A stretch of DNA of 63,988 nucleotides, the filler included, from Eremomyces bilateralis CBS 781.70 (taxonomy: Eukaryota), in the NCBI GenBank assembly GCA_010015585.1. It is 5 parts of 4 records of this genome, joined end to end, with 100 filler letters (N's around TTAATTAATTAA, not from the genome) between each part and the next. Parts side by side here need not be neighbours in the genome. Positions count along the whole stretch, not along the records: positions 37,072 to 51,473 come from ML975170.1; 4 more parts are not named here. One strand, given 5' to 3'. Under the pieces are notes generated by a model, which was not told where the DNA came from, searched no databases, and saw only the letters and a program-made list of their open reading frames with translations. The stretch's first letter is position 1, and each line of letters opens with the position of its first letter. Below are positions 36,972 through 50,287 of this stretch, one piece after another. Both the position numbers and the translations under genes were made by a program.

Positions 36972-37071
36972 NNNNNNNNNNNNNNNNNNNNNNNNNNNNN
37001 NNNNNNNNNNNNNNNTTAATTAATTAANNNNNNNNNNNNNNNNNNNNNNNNNNNNNNNNNNNNNNNNNNNN
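36972..37071. other. Assembly spacer
   Basis: N44-TTAATTAATTAA-N44. Confidence 0.97.
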
Positions 37072-37081
37072 TGTTAACAGA

Positions 37082-38115
37082 TTGAGCTTTTGCTACGTCG
37101 ATCCCCACGACGGCCTGCATTATAATATTCCTGCGATGGTTCAGAAGTCTTGGGCAAATCAGATCGTAGCTGGAGATGCTACCGTGGTTAACCCTAGCCC
37201 GATGACCTTAAATGCGATTCGAGAACAGGGTCCAATCGCGGCTGGCGCTCGGCGGACTAAACCGACGTCGGCATAACGCGTACAGAGCAATATGGAGGGG
37301 ATGATAGGCGGTATAGCCGGCGGGTTAAGGGACTATATGGAGGTGATGATGCAGCAACAGCTGATGTCGTCGATGGAGAACCGAGCCCGTCGTGAGGAGC
37401 GACAAATGGAGAAGGATGAGGAGCGTAATGAGCAGAGACACCTACTCCGGAGTATAAGTATGCCCATTCCTCCTGGTAGTGTCTATCCGACCGCAATGCC
37501 GGGAATACCGCCTGTATTTCCCCATTCAATACCGGTTCCTATGGTTAACCCGTAAGTCGGCATCCGCTTCCTACCGTCAATATATTAACAAATACTTATA
37601 GAACCATTAGCAACCCATATGCGCCGTTCCCTCCCGCAGTACCAATAGATGCCCCTGTTCCGTCTATAACAGGACTTTCCCCTGCCCCTGTCCCTGGTCA
37701 AGCGCAACCGCAACTACGTGCTCAACCGCTTGGGTCTCCGGCTCCCATGATGCCTCCCCCGGCTGCCTATCCTCATGTTGCACCTTCAAGTCCGATCGCG
37801 ATAGACGAAGAGGATTCGACTTTACTTAATGCTTTCTTCGAATAGATAATCACAAAGACAAAGAACCCGGCCAGGGCATTGAAACTTGAGCACATTCGCG
37901 ACATTATCGATGACCAAGATTGGTCGGTTAACGATGTAAAGGCGATGGCAGATCCTTCTTCGTTTATGTATAGGCAGGCGAGAGATATGGGCATTAGCGA
38001 TGGGATAGCACGCAGCCTCCAAAACGACCTCCGCCAGTTTAAACAGGTCTTTCGAAGTCGCAAGAAACATTCCTCTGGAAGCCCTCCGGCGGAAGCTGGA
38101 GCGATGTTAAGCTGA
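37082..38115 (+). pseudogene. Decayed transposon-associated ORF
   Basis: Same-frame pieces (FCYVDP..LHYNI..WANQI..GDATV; MMQQQLM; LEHIRDII) separated by TAA/TAG and a probable intron; converges on the DDE transposase remnant. Confidence 0.45.
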
Positions 38116-38499
38116 CGATTAAGATCGTCACGGGATACGACCTTTTTCTCTACCATTTTGCCTTATTTCTTTACTCATTATGGCCTATATATATCTTCGA
38201 TCTCACTACTTCCTTATTACCTAAAGTTACTCCTCATCTTCCTCATCTTCCTAGAAGGGTTCACCATTATTAACTACTCGCTCGTTAATATCGTTATAGA
38301 CCAGAACGTCGTCCTCGAGAACAATATTCTCCTGATACCCTACCCTCCCATTTTCAAACCCACGGAGTTATACACGAAGCTCATCATATCGCTGGTCAGA
38401 GATATAGATCCCGTGAGCTGCGTTTATAAAATGCTCGAGCCCAAAGCGGTCACATTGACTGCGCGTAATAGCAAAGTCGAGGAACTCGCCAAAGTTGCC

Positions 38500-39362
38500 A
38501 CATAGATGGCGCGTATAGACGTGATTACGTCTAATCTAAGCTTTAAGGACCGACCAGACCATCTCGATGGGGTTGTAGTCTGGGGAGTAGGGTGGCGTAA
38601 AACGTACAAGATGTCCTGCTTCCTCGAGAAGCCTTATAACATCCTCTGAAACATGCGTCGAACAGTTATTAAGTATGATAACGCGTGGACGAGGAGAGTC
38701 TCTAGCCAAAGACGGAAGCAGGACGTCCCGTAGCCACTCAATCAAATGCTCTCGACTGTAGTAGCCTTAGCGTATGCCATAGGCAATTAAGCCTCTGATC
38801 GTATACGCCCCGATAGCAGCCCAAGTCTTTCCCCGATGCATGTTCCTGAAACCGCGGGATTCATGCCCAATGGGCGAATAACAACGGTATCTCCAGCCCG
38901 TCTTCTCATTGAAGATCGACTCGTCAAGGAAGACCATATCATCGGCGTCAAACTGACGAAGCTCCGCTTGATACGCTTCCCGCATCTCTTGTGACCGATT
39001 CCGCGAGATCTACCTCATTCTTTTTCGTGACCAGCGTCTCCGCTTAACCACGCGGCATACCGTAGACTCGCTAACGTGTACGCCTCTTTCCATATCCAAC
39101 CAGAATACGAGTTCATCAAGATATAGCCACCCTTCCTGGAGTAGTTTCTCGAAGAGCGCGTCTTCGTCTGCTTGCGACAATAAACAAGGACGGCCCCGTT
39201 TCCGGCGGTATGGGGCACGAAGAGAGCCATATCGAACAAGATGTGCACGATAGCGGTAGATAGTAGAAACTCCTAGGCCAGTTTCCGCTGCAATAGCTTG
39301 TGGTGACCAACCTAGGAGGAAATATCTAATGCATTGAGCGCGTTTCGTGTCTTCTACGCCAT
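38500..39362 (-). pseudogene. IS630/Tc1-type (DDE_3) transposase remnant
   Basis: MVFLDES, VIILNNCSTH and PPYSPDYNPIEMVWSVLKA; several TAG/TAA stops. Confidence 0.85.
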
Positions 39363-39682
39363 GGTAGTCATACTGCAGCTCTAAAGGCTGGCTAAAATCG
39401 CGTCAGTAATTTAAACTATATTAGTTCTCTAGGAATATATACATTTCAGACATTTGAGCCCCGAATTCAGCGCGTTGTGGCCATAAAATGGGCGATATCG
39501 CGTTTTCTGGTGGAATTGCGGGCGGGACACACACACACTCAAAAAAACGCCAAGCGTTCTCTCACATTTTGCAACCGCCAGCTATATCTCGCGCGCAGAG
39601 GCGCTGGTGGATTTCTTCCTTCTCTCTCTTCAGTTTAGATTAATGGAACTTGGTAATCGCAGACCTTGCACATCCAAACCGT

Positions 39683-39822
39683 GTCATCCGCAACGATTTG
39701 ATGGATAATTATCCGGATAATCGAAAGACCTATCCGTATCCGCGAAATAGGCCAAATTTCCTATCCGGATAGGCCATATCCGCGGATGATCCGCGATATC
39801 CGTGTATTCGTGCCGGGCTCTA
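39683..39822. repeat. Transposon end with TATCCG subterminal repeats
   Basis: Clustered TATCCG/CGGATA motifs ending ...TATTCGTGCCGGGCTCTA. Confidence 0.55.
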
Positions 39823-40457
39823 CCGCCGATTATGTAGGTACTGGTACGGACGAGAATTGGTCGAGCACTTAAAATGGCTCGAAGGTAAACACTAGGGTTT
39901 AATTGACCTTTTATGCAGAATCTTGAAGCATGAAAGGAGCCAATGGCATCCAGTTGCAAGACTGTGTACGTTTTATAGTAAAGCGAAGAGAGTCATAAGA
40001 CTTTGAGCAAAGGTATAAACACAATGACCCAGGCTCAGACAGGAAAGATGATGTACTACCGATGCAATACATAAATGTTCCCATTTGGAGGGCGGACTAC
40101 TGTACATAAGGTATAAACTATCAAGGGAACCGACTCAGATTGTTGTCCGACTCTATTGTTCATCGACCACTTGCAACTCAGGCATGCAATATTCCTAATA
40201 CTTGGCAATCCGCTTTAAGATGTACAGTGTTGCGTGCGTGCAGGAATCCGGAGCGACGCTTTCATTAGTCCTACTCTTCAAGCCTTTTCCACCCTAAATT
40301 ATCGTAGACACTGCTCGACATCGCTCCAGACGGTCGGTGGCTAGTTGCATATGCGACCAAAGCGTGTTGGTCTGGTGAAGTCGCTCAATGGCTGCCAGAC
40401 AGCCTTCCGGAAAGGGTAATACAAGTACGAAAGCACGTTGAGATCGAGATTTTCGCA

Positions 40458-42525
40458 TTATAACGTTCGATCCAAATGCCATGCCGCTCCGTCTTCCTTC
40501 AGTTGGATATCCCTGCTCTTTGCCTCTCTCCTTAGTGCTTCTCCATGTGTCATTCCATTCTTTGGCTCTGTACATATCAACAATGGGAGCGCTGAGGACT
40601 TCCACCCCGGCAGATTATTGGCATGTGTTGACCACATTGTAACTAGCACCAACGCGGTCGTTATGAGCCACGCTAGGGTGGGTAGCGAGAGCCACCAAAG
40701 CTTGACAATATAGTATTGCTCCGCAGAGAACGCTGATCCACTGATAGCGAGGTTGCCGTTCGCGTTTCTGCGCAATCTACAACACAAAGTTAGACCGAAC
40801 TGCCGTTGTGGCTACGGGAAACGTACGTGTTTGTTAGGCTGACGGAAATATTTCGGAGCCGGTTTTCTAATCCGCCAATGTCTGTGTTAGAGTTAAGGGT
40901 GCAATACAAAGGATCCGGGCCGAAGATATCTTGTCCCAGCGCCAGATCCAATGCACTCTCCCAATAGTTGTCTCCGCCTGCTATGAGGTTTGCGGAGCCG
41001 TTCACAGTCTGTTTAATGTTTTCCGCCAGCGCCAACATAGTGCTTCTCTCCATCGAGTAGTCAAGCCTGCCTTCGAGATTTTGTGGATTGTCGACGGGGT
41101 AGAATACGTTGCGTAGGCTTGTATCGATTTGCCATGGTGAACGATCCTCACGACGTACAACCGTAGTGGTTGTCGAGCCGTTTATCGCCGTTGTGTTCAG
41201 TTCCTGTAAACAAAGATTGAAGGTACCTTTTACGGCCTTCCAGTTTTCTTTAACGGCCTGTGACGATTTCCAGGCCTCCATACTGAGATTTCCGGGAGTG
41301 TTGTGGGTGGCAGCGCAAGGCGGAAAATAGACATAATAAACCTCAGCGACCATGTTGACGGGACCAGAGAATGTGCCGTCCGAGCGATTATACAAATTAC
41401 CTACAGAACCCATCCAGAGGTGGTCTCTTCCAGCAGAATCCGTTCGCCCAGAATAGAGCTCCGGTACTGGTAAAGACAAGTTGAGGTAATTCTCCCCAGG
41501 GGGCGGCGTGCTGGAGCCCAGCAGCTCTGAACTAATATCCTCGACTGAGGAACAGATAGCAAGGGTGGTGTACGATTTCCATTCACACCTGCTTGTGGGG
41601 CATTCAGCAGGTATGTCGGATAGACTATGGTTGGCAACAGCCCCTGAAATGAGTGCGCGAGAAAGCAGGGAGTCGGCTAAATTGCATCAGCTAGGTCGTA
41701 CGCGTTGTTTCGTGCAGTACGTACCTTCCGTCCCACCTCCTTGGATATAGCTGAAGGCCATGGTCCCAGACCAAGGTCGAGGTGGAAATGAATCTTCAAA
41801 ACGATAGCTCCGAGCAGTACTTATGCTCCCCATAGCTGTAGTACTTGAGTTCACAAACCGGATACCGGTAGTGACTGACTCTTGTGTGAAGAATCCGAAT
41901 GTAAGCATCATTATAGTTACGAAGGCGCCTGTTAACGCGAGCGAACTATAATCATTAGATTGTCGTTCTCTCCAACCTTACCAGCAACTCACGCCGGTAG
42001 TACACCAAACTTCCGACCACCCGGCTTCATCCGATTGTATAAGATGGCAATCATCTTAAGGCTCCCCTCTGGACCGCGACTTGCTTCGTCAAACGTCTCG
42101 AGTTCTATCATCCGGTTCCTTTCCCGTAGTAAAAACCACTTTGACTGTCCGATGCAGGAGGAGATCGAGATTGCGAGGAACGATTGTGCTGCCTGTGACA
42201 GTACGGCGACAACCGTGGATAATTGAAGCGCTCCATCCCAGTTGTCGAACGCCTGGTCCTGGTAAATGATAAGCAATAAGAATATCGCACCCAGAGCGAC
42301 GCTTCCTAAGAACCAGCCGACGAGCTCCCACCACCACTCGCCCCAAAAAGCCGAACGATCTTTGATGCTTTGTCCAGTTGGTCCAAAACCCGGGCTTTGC
42401 GGCGGTGATGTTTCTACCATCAACGGTGCTCCGGCGGACTCCTTCTCCACACCGACTTCGCGAACGTTGACCACCTGCTTTTGCAGTTCTATACTGCTGT
42501 GGCCGAAAGAGGGTGGTGAGGCCAT
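40458..42525 (-). CDS. DUF3176-family membrane protein, multi-exon
   Basis: WWWELVGW, SSCIGQSKW, FDEASRGPEGS, CPTSRCEW.SYTTLAICS and WKSSALPLL; GT-AG introns join the listed ORF pieces. Confidence 0.82.
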
Positions 42526-44518
42526 ACTCGTGTGCTTTCCGAAGCTCTTCCTTCCCCAATTCAACGGTCAATACAAGATAATCGCGCGTCCTGTTCGATC
42601 CCATCCAGCGAGGTTGATGTCATGGACTTGGTTCGCTCCGAACTTGGCCTGTGATAGAGGACAATTGATCTAATAAATTGGTGGATTTTCAACTATCCAT
42701 TCCAGACGGACCTCGTGTGGAGATAAATGCTCCAGAAATGGTTCTGCACTTCGGAACAGCCGTATGGTTGGGTTCGTATTTTGGCGCCTTCCAACGCCGC
42801 CATGCACGCTGTCGCGCAGCCAAGATTGCAACGGGAACCCCTTTTGATTCCCCTCCCTTTTCGAAACCCGTCGCTCCCTCAGCGGCGTTTACCTTTCGGA
42901 TACCAGCATTTGCGAGAAGTCTCTCTGATGAATTTGGAGGCATACCCTTTTTTCTCCTTTTTTTCGTGGCATTCCACTCATCCGCCCAAAAGTCCGATGC
43001 AGGCAGTAACATACTATGTACGGTATACAGCTTGGCGTTTGTCGTGGGCGACGGCGGCGGCACGAGTTGAATCTCGGGGCATCCGGGTCATGACCGTGCG
43101 TTCTGCATCTCGGTACGCAGACGGGAAAGGATTATTATCCTTCCTGCCTTCCTTAGTGGTTTTCGCCCCCAACTCGCTCAGACACCAACTGGAAGCCTAG
43201 AAGATTTTCCACAGGGTACATGTATCGGTATGTTGGTAATGAGTAATTACCGGTAGTAATTACCCAACGAACCAGTCAGTTTATCGTCTCGTGCTCCGTG
43301 CTCTACTATGTACCTCTTCCTTTGCCTAGACGTTGATTGAGCGGCCAGTTGAAAACCCGGTTTCGTCTTGCAATTGAAAACACTCCGGAACGCGTCCTTC
43401 GGACCCTTTAGACAGCCGTATTATTAGCACGGAAGCGGTCTCGACTCACCGGTGCCGGAAGTCTTCAGGACTGGGCGTCGCATCCACTCTACGATGGCGG
43501 AGAGAAGGATGCGGGAGGAGAGCGGAGCGGAATGCAGGGACCATTTTGAGCATGCTATGGAGATCCGACGCTGTGAGTGCGTGCAAGGTACTGGCGCTGT
43601 GGCAGGGAGTTTTGGGAACCGCCGGTAACGAAACGCTCCCGTTTCGCCTAGGCGGAAAGACCGCAGAAAACGGCGTCAGAAACCTCCCTTTTTGGAGGCA
43701 ATTTCAGTAGTACACAAAGTTACTCCGTAGTCTGCCTCTGCAAATTGGCTGAAGTTTGCGGCCAATTAGATTGCAGATCTACTCGAGTGTGCAAACCTAG
43801 ATCGCGGCGCGTTCTATGCGCCACCTGATTCTGAAGGACCTTCCAGTATGTTAGCTACTGTAGTATTAGTAGCGTAGACAGCCCGCAGATGCCTCCACCA
43901 CTAAGAACGAGAAGCCGAAGGCAATTGCTAGTATGGTTTTGTGATGCCGGAGGTCGCGAGCCAAATTTAGTGCAGAGATAATATAGTACTAATCCTGCCT
44001 TCATTGCCTATCCTTTAGAGGATTATATACTCTAGTACGTACACTCGATCCCCTCGCGTTTAGACATTTCTCCCAGCCGCAAGGTGGATGCCTTATCCTA
44101 GCAGTGACTGGGATATACGGGGAAGCTCCCCTAGCGCCTTGGCAGGATGCACTTGTCTCCCTATTTTCTCCTCCTCTCTCGAAAATAGCTCTTCTCCTTT
44201 GATTGACGAGGAAGTGATTATCTGCCTCATGTTATGGTTCCGCCCTGCAGCGCGTCCCCAGTTATCACCACGTTGTAATGGTCCCAGGCTGGCGGCCTTG
44301 GTCCCAATATTCACTCATTTCCCTTTTGGGAAAGTCACGTAGTAATACAGGATGGTCCTGCGCGTACACGTTGGGTATTCTACACGTACACGTCCCCAAA
44401 TACTAGGCGTACACGTCCCCAAAGATGGTTAGCCTACTAATTTCTGTGACCACCAACTCGCTCAACGTGCAACTGCAGAACTCGCGGAAATGGTGATATA
44501 GAAGTATTAAATATCAAC

Positions 44519-44838
44519 TGTCAGAGATCAGAATGTCTCTGTTTTTCGGGGTCCCCCGGTTTCCTATCTGTGACCCCGTATTCCTAACTATGACAACGCA
44601 TCATGCATCCCGCGATGTTACCTGCCCCTCATTCTTTGCTTTTTCGCTCGTCTTGAGCAAGTCAAGGTCTCTAGGGCCATGAAATGTATACAGAACTTAA
44701 ATATGGGCGTATTCCCGCAGTTTTTATACTCATTAGGATCAAGTCAATCTATCTACGCTCTTTTGGAATCTAACGGTGTTTTCCCACTGTATCGCTGCAA
44801 TGGTCACCTGATTGAGCGAAACCGCCATTTATCTCACA
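44519..44838. mobile_element. Solo LTR (family D-related), 320 bp
   Basis: TG...CA ends; 5-bp TSD TCAAC; last ~100 bp match the reverse complement of 54725-54825. Confidence 0.85.
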
Positions 44839-45134
44839 TCAACGCCAATCCTGTTCTAAATATGGCTATTTTGGAAATGGGCCTATCTACTATCTCTCTT
44901 CCTGCGTGACTAGTTATTATAGTTTGTAATAGCAAGCACTAGAAATTCTGCATCGTAATACGCGTGGGAAGGTAAGGAGATCGGCAACCGAACAAGCGCG
45001 TCGCAACGCGTCAAGAGTGTACACACCCAGCAATAGTCGAGCATCAGGAACCTACCCAGCTAGTGGCCATCGTCCCACTGGAACCCACACTATACAATAC
45101 GTAGGAAGCTGGGCAGTAGAAAGGACCACCAGGA

Positions 45135-46502
45135 ATGCCCTCCCCCCTCCCGAGGGCGCCTCCAGGGAGAAGGGGTACAGCAACACCGACAACCCCAGAA
45201 CCAGAACCACCAAGTACAGGATCGACCCCCATGGCACCAGGAGTCACAACAAGAGCAGGAACGATAGCCCAAGGGATGGCAAAGGCCAGAGCCCAGGAAC
45301 TGAACAAACGACTGCAACAAGAGATGGCGACTAGCCAAAAGAGGGACCACGGCTCGAGTGACGCGATTATCAAGATGTTCCGAGACGGCATCGCGTCACT
45401 AGAAAAAGGAATCAAAGCACAGGCACTAGAACTGAAAACGGAGAACGAAAGGTTGAAGAGTAAACTAAACTATATGACCAACAAATTCGAGAGCGCCACG
45501 AACAAACTCGAAGAAGCTACGAACAAATTCCAGGATATGGAGATCTCGATCGAGACCATAAGGCAAACCCTAGAGAGAGTTGAACAAACGGTGGCGAGCC
45601 AACCTAGTATAGCTAGCCCCGTAGGAAGCGCGCGAACGGGATCATACGCCGCAATTACCGCGGCAGGATCGAACAGCCTGACAGTCCCTTCACCGACAAT
45701 GCTCTCACCATCGATCGCCATCACACCACTAGACACCATCCCAGATCTTCGTTCCGTCTCCGACCCTATCGCGACACGTATACACTCTCTAGGGAACGGC
45801 CAGATAAGGAGGGAAAACCATAGGCCACCGACTATTAACCTTAACCTTTCGGTTTCTCGATATAGGTCAGCTGGTAACAAGGAGCTTAAGGAAATGATGA
45901 ACAAGACCCTACAGGCAACCGACGAAACGAAGAATTGCAAGTGCACTGCCGTACTAAACCGCCGACCAGAGAGCATAGGCTTCGTCTTTCGATCACAACA
46001 GGAAGTCGAAACTATAGAGACAGCACTACCGTGGGCCAACGATCCAACGCTCCAGGACATAAAATTGAATATCCGCGAGGATTTCAAAGTCAAAGCAACA
46101 GGAGTCGACAGATTCTCAGTAGGCAACCCAGAGTCAGGTCGACGGATCGATGAAAATATTGTTAAGGATATCTGCATCGAGAACGATGCCCAGATCCGCG
46201 GCATACGGCTACTCAGCCGGCCATCAGCCCACCTAAGAATTGAGTTAGTGATCTTCTGTAGATCGCAAGCAGAGAAAGATAGACTACTCAACGAAGGATC
46301 GATCTCTATCCAAGGAGCATACGTGAGAATTAAAGAGTTCTTCGAAACACCACGAAGCAGACGATGCTTCAAGTGCCAAGGTCCCAACCATAACGCAGCG
46401 GATTGTATAGAAGACGCAAGGACTAGAAACGCCCCCCAGGAAGAAGACCCCCTCCAGGCAATAGACGCATGGTCTAGAAACGCCCCCCCAGGAATTCTCT
46501 AA
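45135..46502 (+). CDS. LINE ORF1 (gag-like)
   Basis: Coiled coil, SYAA motif and CFKCQGPNHNAADC zinc knuckle; open 455 codons. Confidence 0.85.
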   Translation: MPSPLPRAPPGRRGTATPTTPEPEPPSTGSTPMAPGVTTRAGTIAQGMAKARAQELNKRLQQEMATSQKRDHGSSDAIIKMFRDGIASLEKGIKAQALELKTENERLKSKLNYMTNKFESATNKLEEATNKFQDMEISIETIRQTLERVEQTVASQPSIASPVGSARTGSYAAITAAGSNSLTVPSPTMLSPSIAITPLDTIPDLRSVSDPIATRIHSLGNGQIRRENHRPPTINLNLSVSRYRSAGNKELKEMMNKTLQATDETKNCKCTAVLNRRPESIGFVFRSQQEVETIETALPWANDPTLQDIKLNIREDFKVKATGVDRFSVGNPESGRRIDENIVKDICIENDAQIRGIRLLSRPSAHLRIELVIFCRSQAEKDRLLNEGSISIQGAYVRIKEFFETPRSRRCFKCQGPNHNAADCIEDARTRNAPQEEDPLQAIDAWSRNAPPGIL

Positions 46503-49500
46503 TGCGTGGTAAACCTCTGAAAATACTACAGGCCAACATAAGGAAAATGCCAGAAGCACAGCACGCACTGATGAACGACGAATCACTACAGGATATCAGC
46601 GTTATCCTGATTCAGGAACCATCCTGCTTCCTGACAGACGACGATCGAGTGGTCGCAGCACCATCTACACACTCATATTTCCAACAGTTCATCCCAAACG
46701 AAACCCATAAGACACTACGATACCCAGTGCGGTCACTGATCTATGCAAGCCACCAACTGCGACCCAGGCAGATAGAGGTAGGGTCACCAGACATCACAGC
46801 AATCGAAGTGGAGATCAACGGACGAGAGATGATTATCATATCAGTCTACGTACCAATACAAGCAGCAACAGTCGCGGAGAGCCAAGCCCAGGTTAGAGAG
46901 ATACTAGACTTGGTTGAGAACACGATAGTAAGATTCCCGTCCCATAATCTACTAATTGCTGGGGACTTCAACCGTCACGATCAGCTATAGGGAGGGGACA
47001 GGGTCAGAGACAACCATAGGGAGGATATTATCCAATTCATACATAAGCAAGGATTATAACTTACCCTCCCCAGGGGTACCTCTACACACAACTCAGGAAC
47101 CACGATCGACCTCTACATGGTATCAAGCCGGCTATTCGAAGACATACTCCGATGTACAATCTGGCCTACCGAATATAGCTCGGACCATAAAGCAATCGAG
47201 TCCCAATTTGACCTAGACCTATACGACTGCACGAACGAGCCAAGAAGGCTCTTCCGGAAGACTAACTGGAAAAGGGTAGCAAAAACCACCAAGGAAGGGA
47301 TGAAGAACCTACAAATTCCACCGGACAAGAAGATCCTAAAAGAGAAAATCGATGAGTTCAGCACCCAGCTAATCCAGATCGTTACGAATGCGGTCCTCCA
47401 AGACACCCCAGTCGCTAGGCCATCGGCATTCTCAAAAAGATGGTGGACAATGGATCTCACAGACCTCAAAATTGCGCATACAAGGGCAAGAAACGAAGCA
47501 GCCTCAACGCGAAGAGCAGGAACCCCCAACAACCGCCTAGAAGAGAAAGCCAGAGCAGCTAGGAAAACCTTCCACGACGCGATACGGAGACAACGAAGAA
47601 CATGTTGGAAGGAATTCCTTAGCGACAACAACAACATCTGGAAAGCCGCAAAATTCCTCCACCCAGCCCAGTCAAGCGCGTTTGGGAGGATATCAGTCCT
47701 AAAGTCAAACGAAGGGCTAGCGAAAACAGACCAGGCAATATCAAAGGAACTCCTTACCCAGTTCTTCAGCCAACCGGCAGACGCCCCAGAACCGCCCCAA
47801 ACTAGAGAAATACACCAACACCCGTGGGAGGAGATCACCAAGGAGGAAGTACGAGAGGCGGTCCATAGAGCAAAACCCTTTAAGGCACCAGGACCAGACG
47901 GACTTCCACCAGTAGCCTGGCAGAAGCTGTGGCCAGAAGTAGGAGACCACGTGCATGTACTCCTGCAAGCGTCAGTTAGAGAATCGTACCTCCCAGAGCA
48001 ATGGAAGATCGCGCGGATCGTCCCGCTTAGAAAACAAGGCAAACCAGACTACACCCTCGCGAAGGCATACAGGCCTATCTCCTTGCTTTCCACCCTAAGC
48101 AAGGCGCTAGAGTCGGTGCTCGCAGAACGCTTGTCTTTTCTAGACGAAATGTACGGGATACTCCCAAAGGCCCACTACGGAGCAAGAAAACAGAGATCGA
48201 CGACCGATACCCTCCAGCTAGTTACAGAGCAAATCTACCAAGCATGGAAACAGAAGAAGATACTATCGCTAGTTACCTTCGATATCAAAGGTACCTTCAA
48301 CGGAGTCAACAAGGGAGTACTATGCCAAAGACTCAAGGAAAGAGGAATCCCACCAGAGATTGTAAGATGGGTGTACGAATTCTGCGGAAATCGGAAGGCA
48401 TCAATCATGGTTAATGGCACTGAATCAGAAGTTATGGACATCGCCCACGCTGGTTTACCACAAGGGTCGCCCCTCTCCCCTATCCTCTTTCTCTTCTACA
48501 ACGCAAACCTCGTCGCAGGGAAGCTAACAGACCGCTCGGGAACGATGGCTTTTGTAGACGACTTCACAGCCTAGGTAACAGGCCTAGACATTAAGAGCAA
48601 TATCCAGCGAATCTAGGAATAAATCCTACCGAACACCGAAAAGTGGAGCCAGGAAAGCGGTACGCTGTTCGAACCGGACAAGACCCAACTTATTCACTTC
48701 ACCAGACGCTGGAAACGGGACGAGAACGAGCTCCTGCCACTGGTATTTATGGATAATAAGATAGCCCCAGTATCAGAGATCAAACTCCTTGGAGTCATAC
48801 TAGACCAAAAACTTAATTTCCAGAGCCACGCGAGAAGAGCAGCGAAACGAGGGGAAATCGCGGCAATAGCGCTCCAGAGACTTAAGGGACTCAACCCGAA
48901 AACAGCGAGACAGATCTTTACGGCAACAGTTATACCGACCACCGACTATGGGGCTTAGATATGGTTCCCAGGCTCTGCAGGTACAGTAGCCCACCATATC
49001 GAGAGAGCTACCAAACTAGGGGCGAGTGCAATCACGGCCATATTCAGATCGGCAGCGAGCGAGGTCGCAACCGCGGAAGCAGGAGTCGAAACAGTCCAGG
49101 AAAGACTCCACGAACTCACCCGGAAACACTGGATCAAGATGCATACAAAACCACAGAATCACTACGGATGGAGGCTCATTAAGCGTCTGTTTAAAGCTAA
49201 GACATACAGATCCCCACTCGAAGCTACAGCCGAGCTCTTCCAACACATCAATCTGAAATCGCTTGAGAAGACAGCAGCATTCGTCAAGCCGCCGTGGCAA
49301 GACCCGCCAAGCGTCATCATCGAAGAGGAAGCGGCCGCAACGACAAGGGCAGCCCAGCTAGGCCTAAGAACTATCTTCACGGACGGATCGTACAGAAACG
49401 GCCTCACCGGTATCGGAATCTACGCACCAAGTATCCCAGGACTTGAGAAATCTAGTACAATAGGATTTGCACCGAGTACAGACGCCCTCCAAGCGGAGCT

Positions 49501-50287
49501 TATAGCTATCTCGGAAGCCATCTCGGAAGCAACCGCTAAGATCCCGGCAATAGGCTGGAATCTCGACCAATACTATATCCTATCCGACTGCCAGAAGGCC
49601 CTAGGCATGGTTAAAAGACCGCAATGGAAAAAGAACAAACCTCTCCAGGAGATCTTCCAGAAACTAGCAGAGGCTAAGAAAAGAGGGTTCACCTTCACCT
49701 TCCATTGGGTGCCAGCGCACAAGGGAATACAAGGTAACGAGAGAGCCCACGACCTCGCCCAACTCGCTACTACCACCGGATCTGGACCAGAAGAGCATAC
49801 CATAGTACTAAGACACGCGATCAAGCAAGGAAGGAGCCACCCAGAGGCAAAGAGAAAGGCCTTCCTAGCCAAAAAGACCGGACGCCTCGCGAAGGACCTC
49901 GACAAAGCACTACCGAGCAGACATACAAGAAAGCTCTACGACAAGCTATCGAGAGCCCAAGCAGCCCTACTAGTACAAGCCAGATCAGGATACTGTCGCC
50001 TCAACAGCTACCTCTACAAGATCGCACAGGCCGAAAGCAGCGACTGTGTATGCGGAGCAACAGAGAGCGTCCCCCACTTTATACTAGAATGCACGAAATG
50101 GGACGAACAGAGACAGCAACTGAAGACAGTGGCGGGAGCCCGAGCAAGAGACCTGCCTTTCCTCCTTGGAGCGTACGAATCAGAACAGAAGGACGGCCCG
50201 ATCAAACGATGGTCTCCGAACACGGAAGTAGTTACGGCGACGATACAGTTCATCCAGGATACTGGAAGACTAGACCCAGGAACATGA
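46502..50287 (+). pseudogene. LINE ORF2: APE endonuclease, RT, RNase H and Cys/His tail, with nonsense codons
   Basis: ILQAN, IQEP, GDFN, SDH, KAPGPDG, YRPISLL, GLPQGSPLSP, FVDD, FTDGS and WVPAHKGIQGNERA; all in one frame, broken by TAG/TAA (e.g. 46988, 48572, 48956). Confidence 0.92.

Noticed and set aside
36623..39822. TAGGGCTGGACACGAATA and TAGAGCCCGGCACGAATA as TIRs of one element spanning the gap
   Set aside because: Several mismatches, different subterminal motifs (TATTCG vs TATCCG), no matching TSD and an intervening spacer.
42678..43200. Overlapping 124-157-aa ORFs upstream of the DUF3176 gene
   Set aside because: No recognisable domain or splice model; likely non-coding.
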